From the NCBI GenBank assembly GCA_047967505.1, contig CM106538.1: a DNA stretch of 64,000 nt; one strand, given 5' to 3'. The stretch comes from Dipteris shenzhenensis. Its lineage: Eukaryota. Every line of letters begins with the position of its first letter. Positions within the stretch are counted from its first letter, which is position 1. The translations under genes and the position numbers were made by a program. Below are positions 12,400 through 25,209 of this stretch, piece after piece. The notes beneath the pieces are model-generated. The model worked only from the letters and a program-made list of their open reading frames with translations, ran no database searches and had not been told where the DNA came from.

Positions 12400-15330
12400 A
12401 TGGGACCCAAATGTTCTAAGATGTAATGTTGGATACTATCTCCATACAATATCCTTAAGTGAAGGCAAAGGGTGGAGGAAAGAGGGAGGATTCACCTCAT
12501 GTGCCCCTATCTTGATAGCATGCTAGCTTTGAATCCTATAGGATGATGTGGTTGGGTCATGGAGAAGGCATGGCTTCCCTCTGTTAGTCACATAGCCATC
12601 CCCTAGGAAAAGTCTTTTTGCATCCTTTGTGTGCTAGTGACAACAATGAAAAGGGCACCCATCTAGATCCTATGTACCATCGGCGAGCCACATAGACAAT
12701 GCAAAATTGTCTACCATCTACCCTTATCTGCTCTTACCTTAGTCCAATGGACAGGCCTCCATGTGCCATCGAGAAGAAATAGGATGTCTTCTAAGGCCTA
12801 TGGCTAGTCCATAGTCATGACCAACACTAGAAAATTACCTCCAAGGGAACCTATTGCTGCAACTAGCACTTCCAACTGCAAATTATCTAATTGTGTAAGA
12901 GAAAAAGAGAACCTCCTTCACTCTATCTAAGCACCCTATTTGAACTGCACATAACCACTCCCCAGATCTTGTTGAATCTATTTGAGAGGCCGGCCATCCC
13001 ACAAACAAAGTCCCATTCTTTCCAATCAAGAATAGAACCAAATAGAATTCAGTCAATGACCTAGCCCTTGCCCAAGAAGCATATTAATCTTGACTCTTTG
13101 CCACTCGAGTGTACCTAGAACTCCATCCTCTAGAAAGCTTCTTATAGTCTTGGTCTAGAGAAGCACCTAGGCCCTACTTTGTAGAGTCTACATAGTAAGA
13201 GCCACAAGAGTATTGCAAAAACTATATCTTGAGAAGCAGCCCAGTCCTTGATAATTGTCCATACTAGTGGTGGGGGGTTGAGGCACTATGAAATCTAACC
13301 TACCATGCCTTGGGGATCACTGCATAAATCTCTATAATCCAAGTGTGTGCCCCTCTCAAATGGGAAAGTGCTTTCCCTCATGCCTCAACCTCCAATGAAA
13401 GGATCTCCAAGTCCCAAAAGACCTAGTTGGGACACTATCCCGTTGTGCCCAACCAATGTGCATCCTCTGCCCTAGCATAAGTCCCTCTTGGTCTTGCATC
13501 TCGATGGGGAAGGAATCTAGAAGTCCCAAAAGACCTAGCTAGGCCACTATCCCACTGTGCCCAACCAATGTGTGTTCTCTACCCTAGCATAAGTCCCTCT
13601 TGGTCTTGCACCTCCGAGTGCTAAATGAGAAGATATCTATTAAAGTCCTCTAAGCATGTGGGGCTATCTTGAATGAGTCTACCAAACAACTACCACCACA
13701 CCTTGTAAAGGCTTTGCATGAAGGGCGATCCCTTGCCTATGAGTGGAACCTCTAAGAGAGTCCACCCATGGGACTACTACCATTGTCCTCCTATGTGAGG
13801 GATGTTCTTGAGAAGCTCTCCCCTAGAGCAAGAGCTTCTAGGGCTCAGAGCTTGGGTTGACACCTCATCCTAAAAGGATCTACTTTGCATTTGGGGTCAA
13901 TAATGAAAAGTCCTCCTTGTGGCTATTGAAGCATCACCATCTTCTAAGCAACCCTAGCTCTAGTGATCCTTGTACCCTTTGAACCTGCCCAAGAAATTAC
14001 TTACAAGGCACCCGAGTTGAACCATGCATCCTTTGAAAAAAATTAGCAAGAAGCTATGTATTAAATCATTTCCAAGAGCACCTAATTAACCATAAGGCCC
14101 CTACTTTTTGGAGAAAATTTGGTTGAGATCCATAACAATTCTTGCATTGCACACTCGCTAGCATTGGGGCAATCTACTGATTTGGTGCAATGTCATGCCA
14201 ACCCAACAACCTATGTATCTTTTTTATTTTTTTTCGTAGAGCTCTTGAGTTGAATATCTTCTAAATTCTAGTCAAAGGGGGGTGACGATGGCCTTTAAAG
14301 TTTCCCATCTCCACTTGCTAGCTCAAATTGTGGGCTACCACTAACTGTACATGGACCCACACTAACTCCTAGGTTGGAAAGATATAGCAAGACCCCTCTT
14401 TATATTGAAAAACAACTGTCAATAGAAGTTGATGGCCATCTCTCAAACCCTCTCAAACCTTCTAGGGGTTTGAATGCCTCTGACCACTCACATCCCTTGT
14501 CACTAGAGCTATGTCCATGTAGAACATGGGCCAATGATATGAATGACCTATCTAGTCATCTGGTTTGTTTATTGTACCCAACGAGTATGGGAAGAGTGAT
14601 ATGAGAACTCTACTTGTTGGAAATTTGTGTCTTGGGGATCAATGTTCACACTCTCATAGCATTCTATGAGCCATTGTGAGATTTGGTCCTACTTTCCAAG
14701 ATGCTCTATGGATGCCAGATCACGTCTCATGCTCTCTTGCACTCTCGTAGCAATATTTAAGCCAAGTCTTTCTCTATAAGACACTCTATGGATGCCAGAT
14801 CATGTCTCAATGCTCTCTTATGAGGAGTGTCGAGGTAGAGAGAAGCCTAGAATAGTAACTCCTCAGTGTTCCTCTACATTGCATGTGCCACCCATGAATC
14901 CCATCCACCTCAGGATGACTCTCTTGCCACTTCCAAATCTCAAGCACTACATGCTAAACTTAGTCCTCCTACAATAAAGCATATGGAATACAAACCCCTT
15001 TATAGGGGACTCCGCAATAGGGCTGCTCTTAGTGAATCAAAATTAGAAGTGATCTGACACCTTTGTACTTGCCGAAATACCCAATGAATCCCTCCCTAAG
15101 CATCACCCAATCCCCCACATAGAACCCGCCAAGGAACTCTAGTAGACCATCATGCCTTCGTTGGTCAAAGGAGAAGAGAAGGTTGCCAAGAAGTCTAGAG
15201 AAGTATGCCTCTCTCCATGGATCTCAACCCTTTATGAATATAAATTGCTCCTGTGTACTCCTCTCCCTTGTTGGTAACTCTGAGAAGGAAGCTCACCCCT
15301 ACTTGTCCTCTATAAATTGTTGTAACATCT
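12400..15330 (+). mobile_element. Possible highly decayed L1-like LINE (ORF1 region)
   Basis: Coding-like but stop-riddled, Pro/Ser-rich sequence; only weak motif hints. Confidence 0.25.
13409..13610 (+). repeat. Tandem duplication (~112-bp period, 2 copies)
   Basis: aagtcccaaaagacctag...ccctagcataagtccctcttggtcttgca repeated twice. Confidence 0.85.
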
Positions 15331-16181
15331 AATATCAGATGCTGAAAGTATATGCTCCTGAATACACGAAAAATTCATTGACTACCATGCCATATCCCTT
15401 TGCAACTCTTGACAATGTATCAACAAAAAACTACAGATATTAATGTGCACGATTGTGGAGCTCGTGCACATTCCAACTCATCATGGTCTAGCTGATGGGG
15501 ATGAGGGTGGGTGGTGCACAGGGCACTCTTATGAGTAGGAGCCAAAACAAAATCTCAAATTTATATGACATTTAACGATTCTTTGAAGGGAAGTAGTCCT
15601 TGTTTGTGCAATGATGCATATGAGGCATGATAGGCTCAATACCTATCTTTAATCAAGGCCCAGTCCATCATGAAGGAAGCCTCTACTTTGATCTAGCTAG
15701 CACACTGCTATGAGTGACTTGTGTAATGAAGAACCTCTAATCAAACCCAGAGTACAACTACTACTAGGCCAATCCTCATGTATCAGTAAGAAACCCAACT
15801 AATAAATAGCCATGTCCTCTTGATTACTCCACAATTAGGGTGGCTTTGGGGTATCAAAAGGGCATCCAATTAGTGGGGTGGGTAGGCATTTAGAGAGGCC
15901 CTATTGGATGTTACTTTTACACTAGGGACCACCCAAACCATTTCCCCCCTCAACCCATAATGCACCTTCACTAGATGAGTCCCCAATCACGTTCAAGACA
16001 TGGTGGGCCCTTTGGAGAGAATTTGGATTCTCTCCCCTCTCTATGTTTGGTCCAAAGCTCTAGTCTAGGTGTTTTCTCTCTCTATCTTTCAAAATTTGGT
16101 TTTACTTGTCCTCTTCCCCTGCTTTCTCTATCCCCTCCTACTCTATCCTCTCTTGCTCTATTACTCTCTCTGCTGTCTTTG

Positions 16182-16212
<31 letters not shown>

Positions 16213-16519
16213 ACATGTGTGTGTGTGTGTGCAGTGTGCATACACTAGTACGTACATCCTACTACTTGCTTTAACCCCCCCTGTATTTGCCCCTTATTCT
16301 ATTCTAGTATCTTCTGTGCCCACCCTCTCTCTCTCTTTATCTTTGTCTCTCTCTCTCTCTCCCTCTCCTCTGCTTTTTTTGGAGTTGCTCTCTCCCTCCA
16401 AGCTAGACTACCCTGTTTTGGAGTTCTACTCTTGTTATTGAGAATTCTATTTCTCCTATTACGATCTCTTCAAGCATGCTGACGAACAAGGCTAAAAATT
16501 CATGTAATATTGTGACCTC

Positions 16520-16805
16520 TTATGTGTTTCAAAACACCAAAAATGCATTAGATGAGTAGATCCTTTGCACCTACAGCTTGTATGATTGGATAGTCATGAA
16601 ACGATCAACCAAGGGTTCACATACGCTGCCCAAGAGCAAGAGAGGTGATATCTTGCATGAATGGAAGGGTTGCATCTTGCAGTTTGGGCTTGCAAAAGTG
16701 GAACACATGTACATGGGAAAAGACATGTACTTGCCTGCATCACTTAATCAATCTAGGATACCATCACACTGTGACTCTTTCTATCTATGTGCCTTTTTTA
16801 CTTGG
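16520..16805 (+). repeat. Dispersed repeat, copy 1 (copy 2 at 42650-42980)
   Basis: caaaacaccaaaaatgcattagatgagtagatcctttgcacc...aggataccatcaca shared with 42650-42980. Confidence 0.85.
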
Positions 16806-17639
16806 AAGTGTATAAGTCCATTTGGAAATTTTATGTTGATTTTAGAAGAGCTCTTATTCATGGCAAATGTATTCCCTTTGGACTCAGAGGAATGGCACCT
16901 TTCATTGGTAAGTTCACTATCATTCATGAGGATTTAGGTAAGCAAATGCATGCTATGGAGATGCCTCCTCTTTGCAAAAGAAGAGAGTGTATTGGTATTT
17001 AAATGCAACATACATTAATTCAAGAACCACATCAAGCCCTGGCCATCTTCAAATCATTGCACCACCACAACTTCAAGACATGGACTTCATCATGGTGGTG
17101 GAGTCAAGGACATTGTAATCGTACAAGGACAAGATCACAAAAGATGTGGGCATGACCATGAAGTTCACATTTGGATCCAAATGGGAAAGCTTATCTTGGT
17201 TTATACATCTATACATTTTTTTTTCTTACTTTCATAATATACAGATGCACATAACAGAAACTATGAGGTCTTGCAAGCATGTAGATGAGACTGTGCTCTT
17301 GAAGATTTGTTTGGGATTAATTAGGGAAACTAGTCAGGATAATGGAAGGGTGACTTATTTCAATGCCATGCATGTAGGGAAAATGTGGTTACTGGGTACC
17401 ACATATCATACCAAATGTTGTATTTTGCTTTCTAATAGAAGCACTAGAAGAAAACAAGTAGCCATTGGCATCCTCTTGAATCTATCAATGATGACAATAC
17501 AGGCGCAAGCTTGTTGATTGATGTTGATCAAGGAGATGACAAGAATGTGACCATTACCTCACAATGGACTCTAAGGGATGTGCAAGAACACCTGTTGGTC
17601 ATGGAGGATGGCATGTTGAGAGTCCTTCAGCTTTACCTT

Positions 17640-17800
17640 AAATGGTGAAAACGTAGGCAGGCATGTAGAGAAGTGCATGCATAGTATACCAACCTGAACA
17701 ACATCATTCTAATGCTGACTTTATATGCAGTTTGGATTGCCCATAATGTGAAATTTAATTTTGTGTCCCAATCTCCCTCCTGCAACATTGAGGATAGTAG
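17640..17800 (-). pseudogene. Ty3/gypsy integrase fragment
   Basis: GDWDTKLNFTLWAIQTAYKVSIRMMLFRLVY resembles the integrase motif W....ALWAYRTA....T..TPF.LVYG. Confidence 0.7.
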
Positions 17801-19304
17801 ACAATGTGTTTGACTAGTGCAGGCATTCAATTTTGGATTTTGGATAATGGCACTTACAAGTTCTAGCTTCAAGAATTGGAGGACACAAAAAATGTTGTGT
17901 AATTTATTTTAATTTATTTTAAAATGTGGTTTCATGTGTTTAAATAGAAATTGAGATCCAAGGTTTTGTTTTTAGGGTTTTTATTTAGAGGGTTTGGGTA
18001 TATAGGGTTTTTATTTATAGGTTTGGGGTAGATATAAATGTAAAATTCAATTTCATATTCATTATCACTTTTAGCCTTGATTTTCCTACTCTCAAAGCTC
18101 CCACACTCCCTCATCACTATTTTATTGCATCTTCCATGGATTTAGCAAGAGATGCCTTCCATGATGGGATGGTGGATAGAAAAAGTGGTGGTGGAGGAGA
18201 GGGGACGAATAGACAAAATGGTGGTAAAATTGTCCCAAAATTACTAAAGCAATCTTGAATGGCAAAAATGGAGGATGGATGGAACTTGGAGGTGGAGGTG
18301 GGATTCCAAAATAGAAGGGCTCGCAAAAGTGTATGGGAAGGTTATGAGGAATAGAGGTGTTGCTTTTATAGGATGTGGGGGGTTTAAAGGTTAATTTTAG
18401 TGATTAGTGGATTAATGTGCTTATGCAAGTCATCATTATTAGGATGAAAATCCCATAATTTTGTACAAATCCAAAGCATTTTTGCACTCTATTTCCTTGA
18501 GGGATGTATCTTGGATGGTTTTTTGAAGGGCATTTTTTCTCACACATGCAAACACATGCTCCGCTTTTGCTTTAGTTGCTAACCTCCCTGGCAATGGTGC
18601 CAAAATCTTGTCACTATTTCCCTCATGTCGAGATTTCGAGGGTGGTGGTCCCTATATTCAGGTCAATGCTCATTGTAGCATATGTGTTCACAAATGTAGC
18701 ATAGGTCCTTGGATTGTATTCTAGTGAGAGGTGTAGGCTAAAGTGTGAAAAACAATCCTAGTGTGTGCTTAGGTTAGAAAGAGGGATTGATCACAACGAT
18801 GGATATATGTTCTCACCTCCGTGGGAGCTCAAGAGTTTAGAAGGTGGTTGCAGGGCTTAGAAGGGATTAGAGGTAAGAAAACTAACTAGAAGATCTAGGG
18901 TTTAGAGAGGGCTATAGGGTTGGGAGGAGTTCAAGGTTAAGGAGTGGAGAGCTAAGCTACATTGATTCGCTTGAATTTCTTTAACTTTAAAAAATGAAAA
19001 AAAATGTGAAATTCTTGATTTAAAATGAATGCAACAAACTTTTGTAAGAATAAATTTTATTCATATGATTATAGCTTTTTGTACAAATACACCTTATAAA
19101 CCTTTTATTTGTAAGAATAAAATCTTATTTGTATGAATAAGCTTTATATATTTAAAAACAATGATTTTTTAAGTCATTTTCTATTCGGACGAATACACCT
19201 ACCTCCTCCCCACCTACCATCCCACTGTCCTGCGTGCCATCCTACCTACTAGTGTACTTGTGCATAATAATCACGTAAATTTTTTTGTTGAATTTTTCTT
19301 TTCC

Positions 19305-20085
19305 CCTCAGTCTGGCACTCATCTCTCTTTCAGAGTTGTGTGTTGCAGTCTAAGTTGTCTGTTTAATAAAATTTTTGTCTTTTGAGTTCCCCCCCCGCAC
19401 TCAAGCATTCATCTCTCTCAGAGAGTTATGTGTTGTAGTCCAACTTGTCTATTTAATATATATGCATGTTTGGATAGGTTTACTCTCAATCTAGCACTCA
19501 TCTCTCTCTGAGAGTTGGGTATTGCACAATTTGAGTTGTATGTTTGTATGTATAATATGTTTGCATGTTTATACGAGTTTAGTCTCAGCACTCATCTCTC
19601 TAATGAGAATTGTGTGATGCAGTTTGAGTTGTATGTTCCTACTACATAATATGTTGGCATGTTTAGATGTCTACATCTCACTCAGGCATCTCACTCAGGC
19701 ACTCATCTCTCTGATGAGAGTTGTGTGATGTAGTTTGAGTTATATGTTTAATATGTTTGCATGTCTAGATAGGTTTGCATCTCAGTTTGCTTGATGTAAT
19801 CTGAGTCTTATGTTTAGAAATTGTTTCTATCTCAATCTGGTGCTCATTTTCTGATGAGAGTTGTGTGATGCACTCTGAGGTTTGTGTTTAGGGTTGCTTC
19901 TAGTCTCAAGCTGGCACTCAGCTCTCTATTGAGAGTTTTATGATGTAGCTTGCATCTGCACAAATGCTAGTCTGGTACTCATCTCTCTCTTGAGAGTTGT
20001 GTGATGTAAGGCAAAGTTTAGGGTTTAGGGTTATTTGCTTAAGCGGTTAGCTTTTCACTCAAATGAAGACGCGTGATGCAATATG
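19305..20085 (+). repeat. Degenerate tandem array (about 9 units)
   Basis: Recurring core ggcactcatctctct..gagagttgtgtgatgcag separated by variable spacers. Confidence 0.85.
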
Positions 20086-21169
20086 AGCTTATGATATGGA
20101 GATATTTGCACAAATTTCTAGTGTAGCACTTGACTCCCTTGATAGCTATGCATTGCAGTATGAGTTTAGTGTTTGTTGCTTGTGTTTGCATACATGGTCA
20201 GATATTGGCACTGAATCTAATTTCATTTTTTTGCTTGCATATTACGTGGCTCACGTCGGCGAGAAGAGGAAGATTGATCACCCTGATCTTAGTAAACCCT
20301 AGAGGAAGATTGATCACCCTAATATTAGTAAACCCCAAAGGAAGGTCCTCAAGAACGTGAACTTCAAATTCTTGATGGCTGTCGATCAGGATGTCATCAC
20401 GAGACCACTTTTACCAATGGCAAAAGCGGCATGCAGTATCTCACGACCTCCATGGTGGATGGTGGAGTAAGTGACTTGTATGAAAAGTTTCCAAATGTCT
20501 TCAACCAAGAATCTGGAGTCCAAAACATGCATCACTTCATCTCGAAGAGTCGATGATTTCTCAGTCAAGTAGATCAAGACATCATTGCTTGTGATAAGAA
20601 GTGGGAGGGTCCAACTACTGATGCATGAGTTACATACATAAAGAATACATGGCATGCCTTCAAAGGCAAAGGAGATGCGTCTGCATTGATTCCACCTATT
20701 GATCCTTCAAAGGCAAAGGAGATGTGTCTGCCTCAATTCCACCTGTTCATCCATGGCCTCGACCACCACAAGCACCAATGCATCCACAAAACCCATCCTT
20801 CCACGTTTCCATCCTACTTTCCATGCTTCACATCCACCAGTCCTCCCTTTCATTACACATGCTCCCCCACATATTTAGCCACATGTACAACCCCCATACC
20901 TTGTACGTCTGCGATCACATACTCTAGCACATTGTCTCACACCTTACATTCCTCCCAATTTTGTACCATCACTTGCATGACCAGTTGTGCCACCTACCAC
21001 ATGTCCAGATCATTTTCCCTCACCACACACTCACCCACACCTACACCTACTGATGCCTCGCCTTCACCTTGTAGCATTAGAGAATACGTTGAAGTTGCCA
21101 TGCCATCACACCTGCTCATATGGTGAAATTGGTTAGTCTTGCCTACTCTAGTTTCTCCAATCATGAGAT

Positions 21170-21850
21170 GTGTGTTTCACACCACATGCAGTAGCAGGCA
21201 CATGCCAGTGCGCGAATGTAAGCTTGTGCAACATTTCCATTTGATCATAGAAAGTTGTATGCTTGCAAAGTGTTGAAGGGGGGGGGACAGAAATCTACTG
21301 AGTTCTAAGCAAGTGCTACAAATTAGGCAACATGTTTGCCTACTACAATCCAACATCAAGGCATCATTTGAGCCATTGGGCTCGTGCAAGACAAGGAACC
21401 ATTTGGACAAATATTTGATGTACATGGGCATGATGGAAAGAGACCTTCTCCAACAACTTACAAAGACAACCCAAAAATTCCTACTAGAGCTCCATGCATA
21501 CAAGAGCATGTTTTGTATCTCTTACATGCCCTTGTGCACACGGTCCGCTTCATACACCAACACAGTGTGCTATACAATGATTTGCACATGCAAAACCTTT
21601 TGTTGCATTTCTCTTAGTCAACCTTAGAGGTGTACTTAGACATTTGTGATTGGGGCATGTTGACATAAACGAGCACAAAGAAGCATTATCCAACACAAAG
21701 GAAGACTAGTCTAAGCAACACACAAGCTTTTCGACTCAAGTATTGCCACGTGGCATCGGAATGTTATAGCACATACTCTCCATCATTGTGTGTTGAGCAA
21801 GATGTGTATCCAATGTCGTATCACATCATTAAGATGATGGATGTATGTAT
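21170..21850 (+). pseudogene. Protein kinase-like pseudo-ORF
   Basis: Ordered motifs LAK (subdomain II), IHQHSVLYNDLHMQNLLL (VIb), ICDWG (VII), HVASE (VIII, APE-like), QDVY (IX); in-frame stops. Confidence 0.7.
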
Positions 21851-22269
21851 ACCACCAAGTGCTCATATTGGTAATGTGCAAGCTTTGTTGGATAGGCTTT
21901 TCTAATGAGCCCAGCATGGGAAGTCTGCAAATCCAAGAGAACGTCCTTCTGCATCATATTTGTGGTGTTTTTGATATAGCATGGAGAGTAGGTAGACAAC
22001 TTAGTCCTAACCAAGGTCTCAGACTTGTGGATGAGTGAATATTCATTATATATTGCCATATTTGAAGCATGACACTCTTTGTATCCATGATGAGCAATTT
22101 ATCGAATCTTAAATTTTAATTTCTTTGTGGAATTGTATTTTAAATTTTAATTGCAACGTTGTATTTAAATTTAAGGTTTCAATTTCTCAAATTTAATCTT
22201 AAAATTTAAATGCAATGTTCTATTTAATTGTTAATTTCAATTTGTCAAATTTTAATATGCAAAGTTCTG

Positions 22270-23995
22270 TTTAAATTGATAATGAAAGTGTTTCCTTGCT
22301 TAAAGGTTTGATTAAGCTATTTTTGTCAGCATGCTTGAATGTTACAATTAGTGTTGGAGTTGTCTGAATTTTGCCCAAGTCCATCATCGTTCCATTGGCA
22401 GATACAGGGGGTTGATTCGGGGATCGACGTGGGAACTGCAGTAGTACTGTCAAAATTTCTCCAGCTTTAAGAAGGGGAGGTGCCATCATGGTTATAGACT
22501 GACATCTGCATCCGTCGTTAGGACTGGAGCATCTAGGGCGAGGTTGTATCCACCACTTGTGTGCTTTGGATGCATGCATCGCCAGTCGTCAAAGGACTAG
22601 GTGATGAATTGTGTGAGGGGGCGCACCTCTAGGATTTTGTATAGATAGAGGTGGGAACCCTCGAGTTGGCGCTTCCAATGTTGCATAAGCGCACTGCCTG
22701 ACAGCTCTTAAAATGACTGCAAGTTGGGGCGCCATTGGACATCTTCAGGGGGGGAGGTAGGAGGAGCTCACAGAGCCTCATCATCTATAATGGGCATGGG
22801 TTTTGGCTCTATTGTGCTTGTTGGCATTGTCTCTTTGTCCACCTGGACAAAATTGGATGCTTTGAGCAACGTATTGAAGGCCAAGTCAAGAAGGTCGACC
22901 AGAGTTGTAGAGGAGATGGGGGAGGTCCCATGTTGTGCGGTGGTGGTGTTAGAGGCGTTAGAAGAATACTCATGTAGTGTTGTCTGAGGGAGGGGAGGTT
23001 GGGTGGCTTGTTGGGGGGGTTGGTGGGTGGGATCCAAAGGAGGTGGTGGTGGAATTTTGGCAGGTGGGGAATAAAATAGGGCAATGGCTTCTTGGCCTTC
23101 TTCCTCGATGAATTCCTCGAGGTATGGTACATGAATTGTTTTAAAATTACTCCACCATGGACTCAAGTGAGTCTTGGAGAGCTTGTAGCACCCTGTTGAA
23201 GAGTATTATTATGCTGAGGGGGTTGTATGTGTCAATTGGAATGCCACAAGGTGCTCTTGAGATTGGATTGTGGAGGCTCGGCCATAGGTTTGCATCTAGT
23301 TCATGTCTGATCCCATGTCTGATTGTAGACTTTCAAGGGTGCAGACCCCCCGTGTAAGTTCCTCGAGCTTTGCGATTTGCATCACTTCATCGTCCATTGG
23401 ATAATTAAGGGACTCCATGATGATGCGGCACCAGGCTTGGAAATTGAGAAGGATAGGTTGGGCATCTAGAGTCTAGAGGTCGGAGGGGAAGAGGAGAGAG
23501 ATGGGTTGGAGATCTAACAAAAAATATGACATGGCTAGGATGGGGCGGCAGTGGTCAGGGTTACGGCAGAGGATTGTTTGGAGGGTGTTAGGAGGAAGTG
23601 GAGTTGTGAGGTCTAGGTGGAAGATGAGGTTTTGTGCATGGAGTGCATCGAAGTGTACTTGTAGTGGTCGGGGGATGGTGCGTGGTGTGAGTGTGTAGGT
23701 GGCAAGTTGTGTAGAGACCTCCCTATACATCCGAAACTCTTGTTGCACTCAGTCTTCCAAACCTGACTCTTCTAATTGCTCGGGGGCACGCTGTTGTTCG
23801 TTCTCTTCTTGGAGGGACACCGCTAGTGCCTGTTCTTGCTCTAAGAGATCATGTAGAGATTGGATCTATCATTCTTGGTTCTCTTGTGTTCTGGCGTATT
23901 GGGCCTCTGCCTATGACTTTTGCTCCAATGTTGTTCGTAGGCCAGACTCCGCCTTGTCGACCTGGTCCATGAGAGTTTGGACTAGAGATTTGCTG
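22270..23995 (-). pseudogene. Decayed extra ORF(s) of a retroelement (coiled-coil and Pro-rich)
   Basis: Broken minus-strand ORFs (22768-23166, 23473-23748, Q/E-rich 23750-23990) directly downstream of the RT fragment; no recognisable domain. Confidence 0.4.
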
Positions 23996-24029
23996 GTGGG
24001 GCAAGGTCATCTTTGAGCTTCGTTAGGGC

Positions 24030-24830
24030 CAGCTCGAGCTCTTTAGCAAATGTTAGCAAGGTATATAAGAAATCTGCAGTGCCATTTAATTTGGCCTATA
24101 AATCTTTGAAGTCGCTTGATGTTTTTGGGGTGGTTTGGCATGTTGAATGGCTACAACTTTGTTTGGATCTATTTCCACTCCATTTTGTGACATGATGTGC
24201 CCTAGTAGAATTCCTCTACTTACAGCAAATGCACATTTGGCTGGGTTTACAGCCATTCTATACTTGGCAAAGCATAAACTGAGATGTTATAGATGCTCCA
24301 ATTTTTTCCCAAATACTGAAAAATCATCAAGGAAAACTTTTATGAAAGATGTAAGATACTTAGCAAAAATACCTCTTGGATGTATTTTTGAAATGTGGGG
24401 GGAGCATTCTTAAGACCAAATGTCATAATATTAGAAGCAAATACCCCCCATTCGATGACAAATGATGTCTTGTCTTTATCTTCAAGTGCCATTCTTATCT
24501 GGTTGTACCCACTGAAACCATCAAGAAAACTATAGATTTCATGACATGCTATAGGATCTAGTAAAGAATCACAAAATGGTAGAGGAAAAGGGTCAGTAAT
24601 TGTGGCAGCATTGAGCTTTCTGTAGTCCACACATATTTTGAGTTTTCCATTCTTTTTGGGCACAATCACAATAGGTGAAAGCCATGTAACATGGGTGAGA
24701 GGATAAATAAAACCAACTCTCAACATCTTGTTGATTTCCTCTTTAACTTGTTTTGCATAGTTGGGATTCATTCTGTACCTTCCCTATATCACTAGCACAA
24801 CATCGTGCTTTAAGTTGATTATGTGTTGAT
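24030..24830 (-). mobile_element. Ty3/gypsy reverse transcriptase fragment
   Basis: WLSPIVIVPKKNGKLKICVDYRKLN, SFLDGFSGYNQI, FGLKNAPPTFQ, then frameshifted KVFLDDFSVF and GILLGHIMS. Confidence 0.95.
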
Positions 24831-25209
24831 AGAACTTAGGGTCTACTCCTTTCATATCAATGTAATGCCAAGCAAAGGCTTTCTATACTCCGTCAATAAA
24901 TCTTTTAAAGCCATTTTGAAAGGTGGAGGGAGACCTATACTTACCAAAACTATTTTGGAAGAGAAGAGGGTGAACAAGGAAGAGAAGCAAGGGAGAAGAA
25001 GAAAGAGAAGTAGAGGGTGAACAAGAGAAGAAAGAGAAGCAACTTTAAAGAAGGACAAGAAGCTTCCATACCTCTATCCAAGGTAAGTCTCTTGACGGTT
25101 GATCTTCTTTGGAAGTTGCTCTCTTTGGATTCATCCTTTGTCGTATGCAGGTCGAACGGATGTTTTTTGTACTAGTGTGGTCAGATGCATGTCCTTTTCA
25201 ATTTCTTAG

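Noticed and set aside
15975-16441. SL/CV-rich ORFs
   Set aside because: Translation of CT/GT microsatellites.
17965-20032. TTTAGGG words as interstitial telomere
   Set aside because: Only one or two units at scattered sites; not an array.
19305-20085. CRISPR-like repeat-spacer appearance
   Set aside because: Eukaryotic context, degenerate repeats, spacers related to each other and of irregular length, no cas genes.
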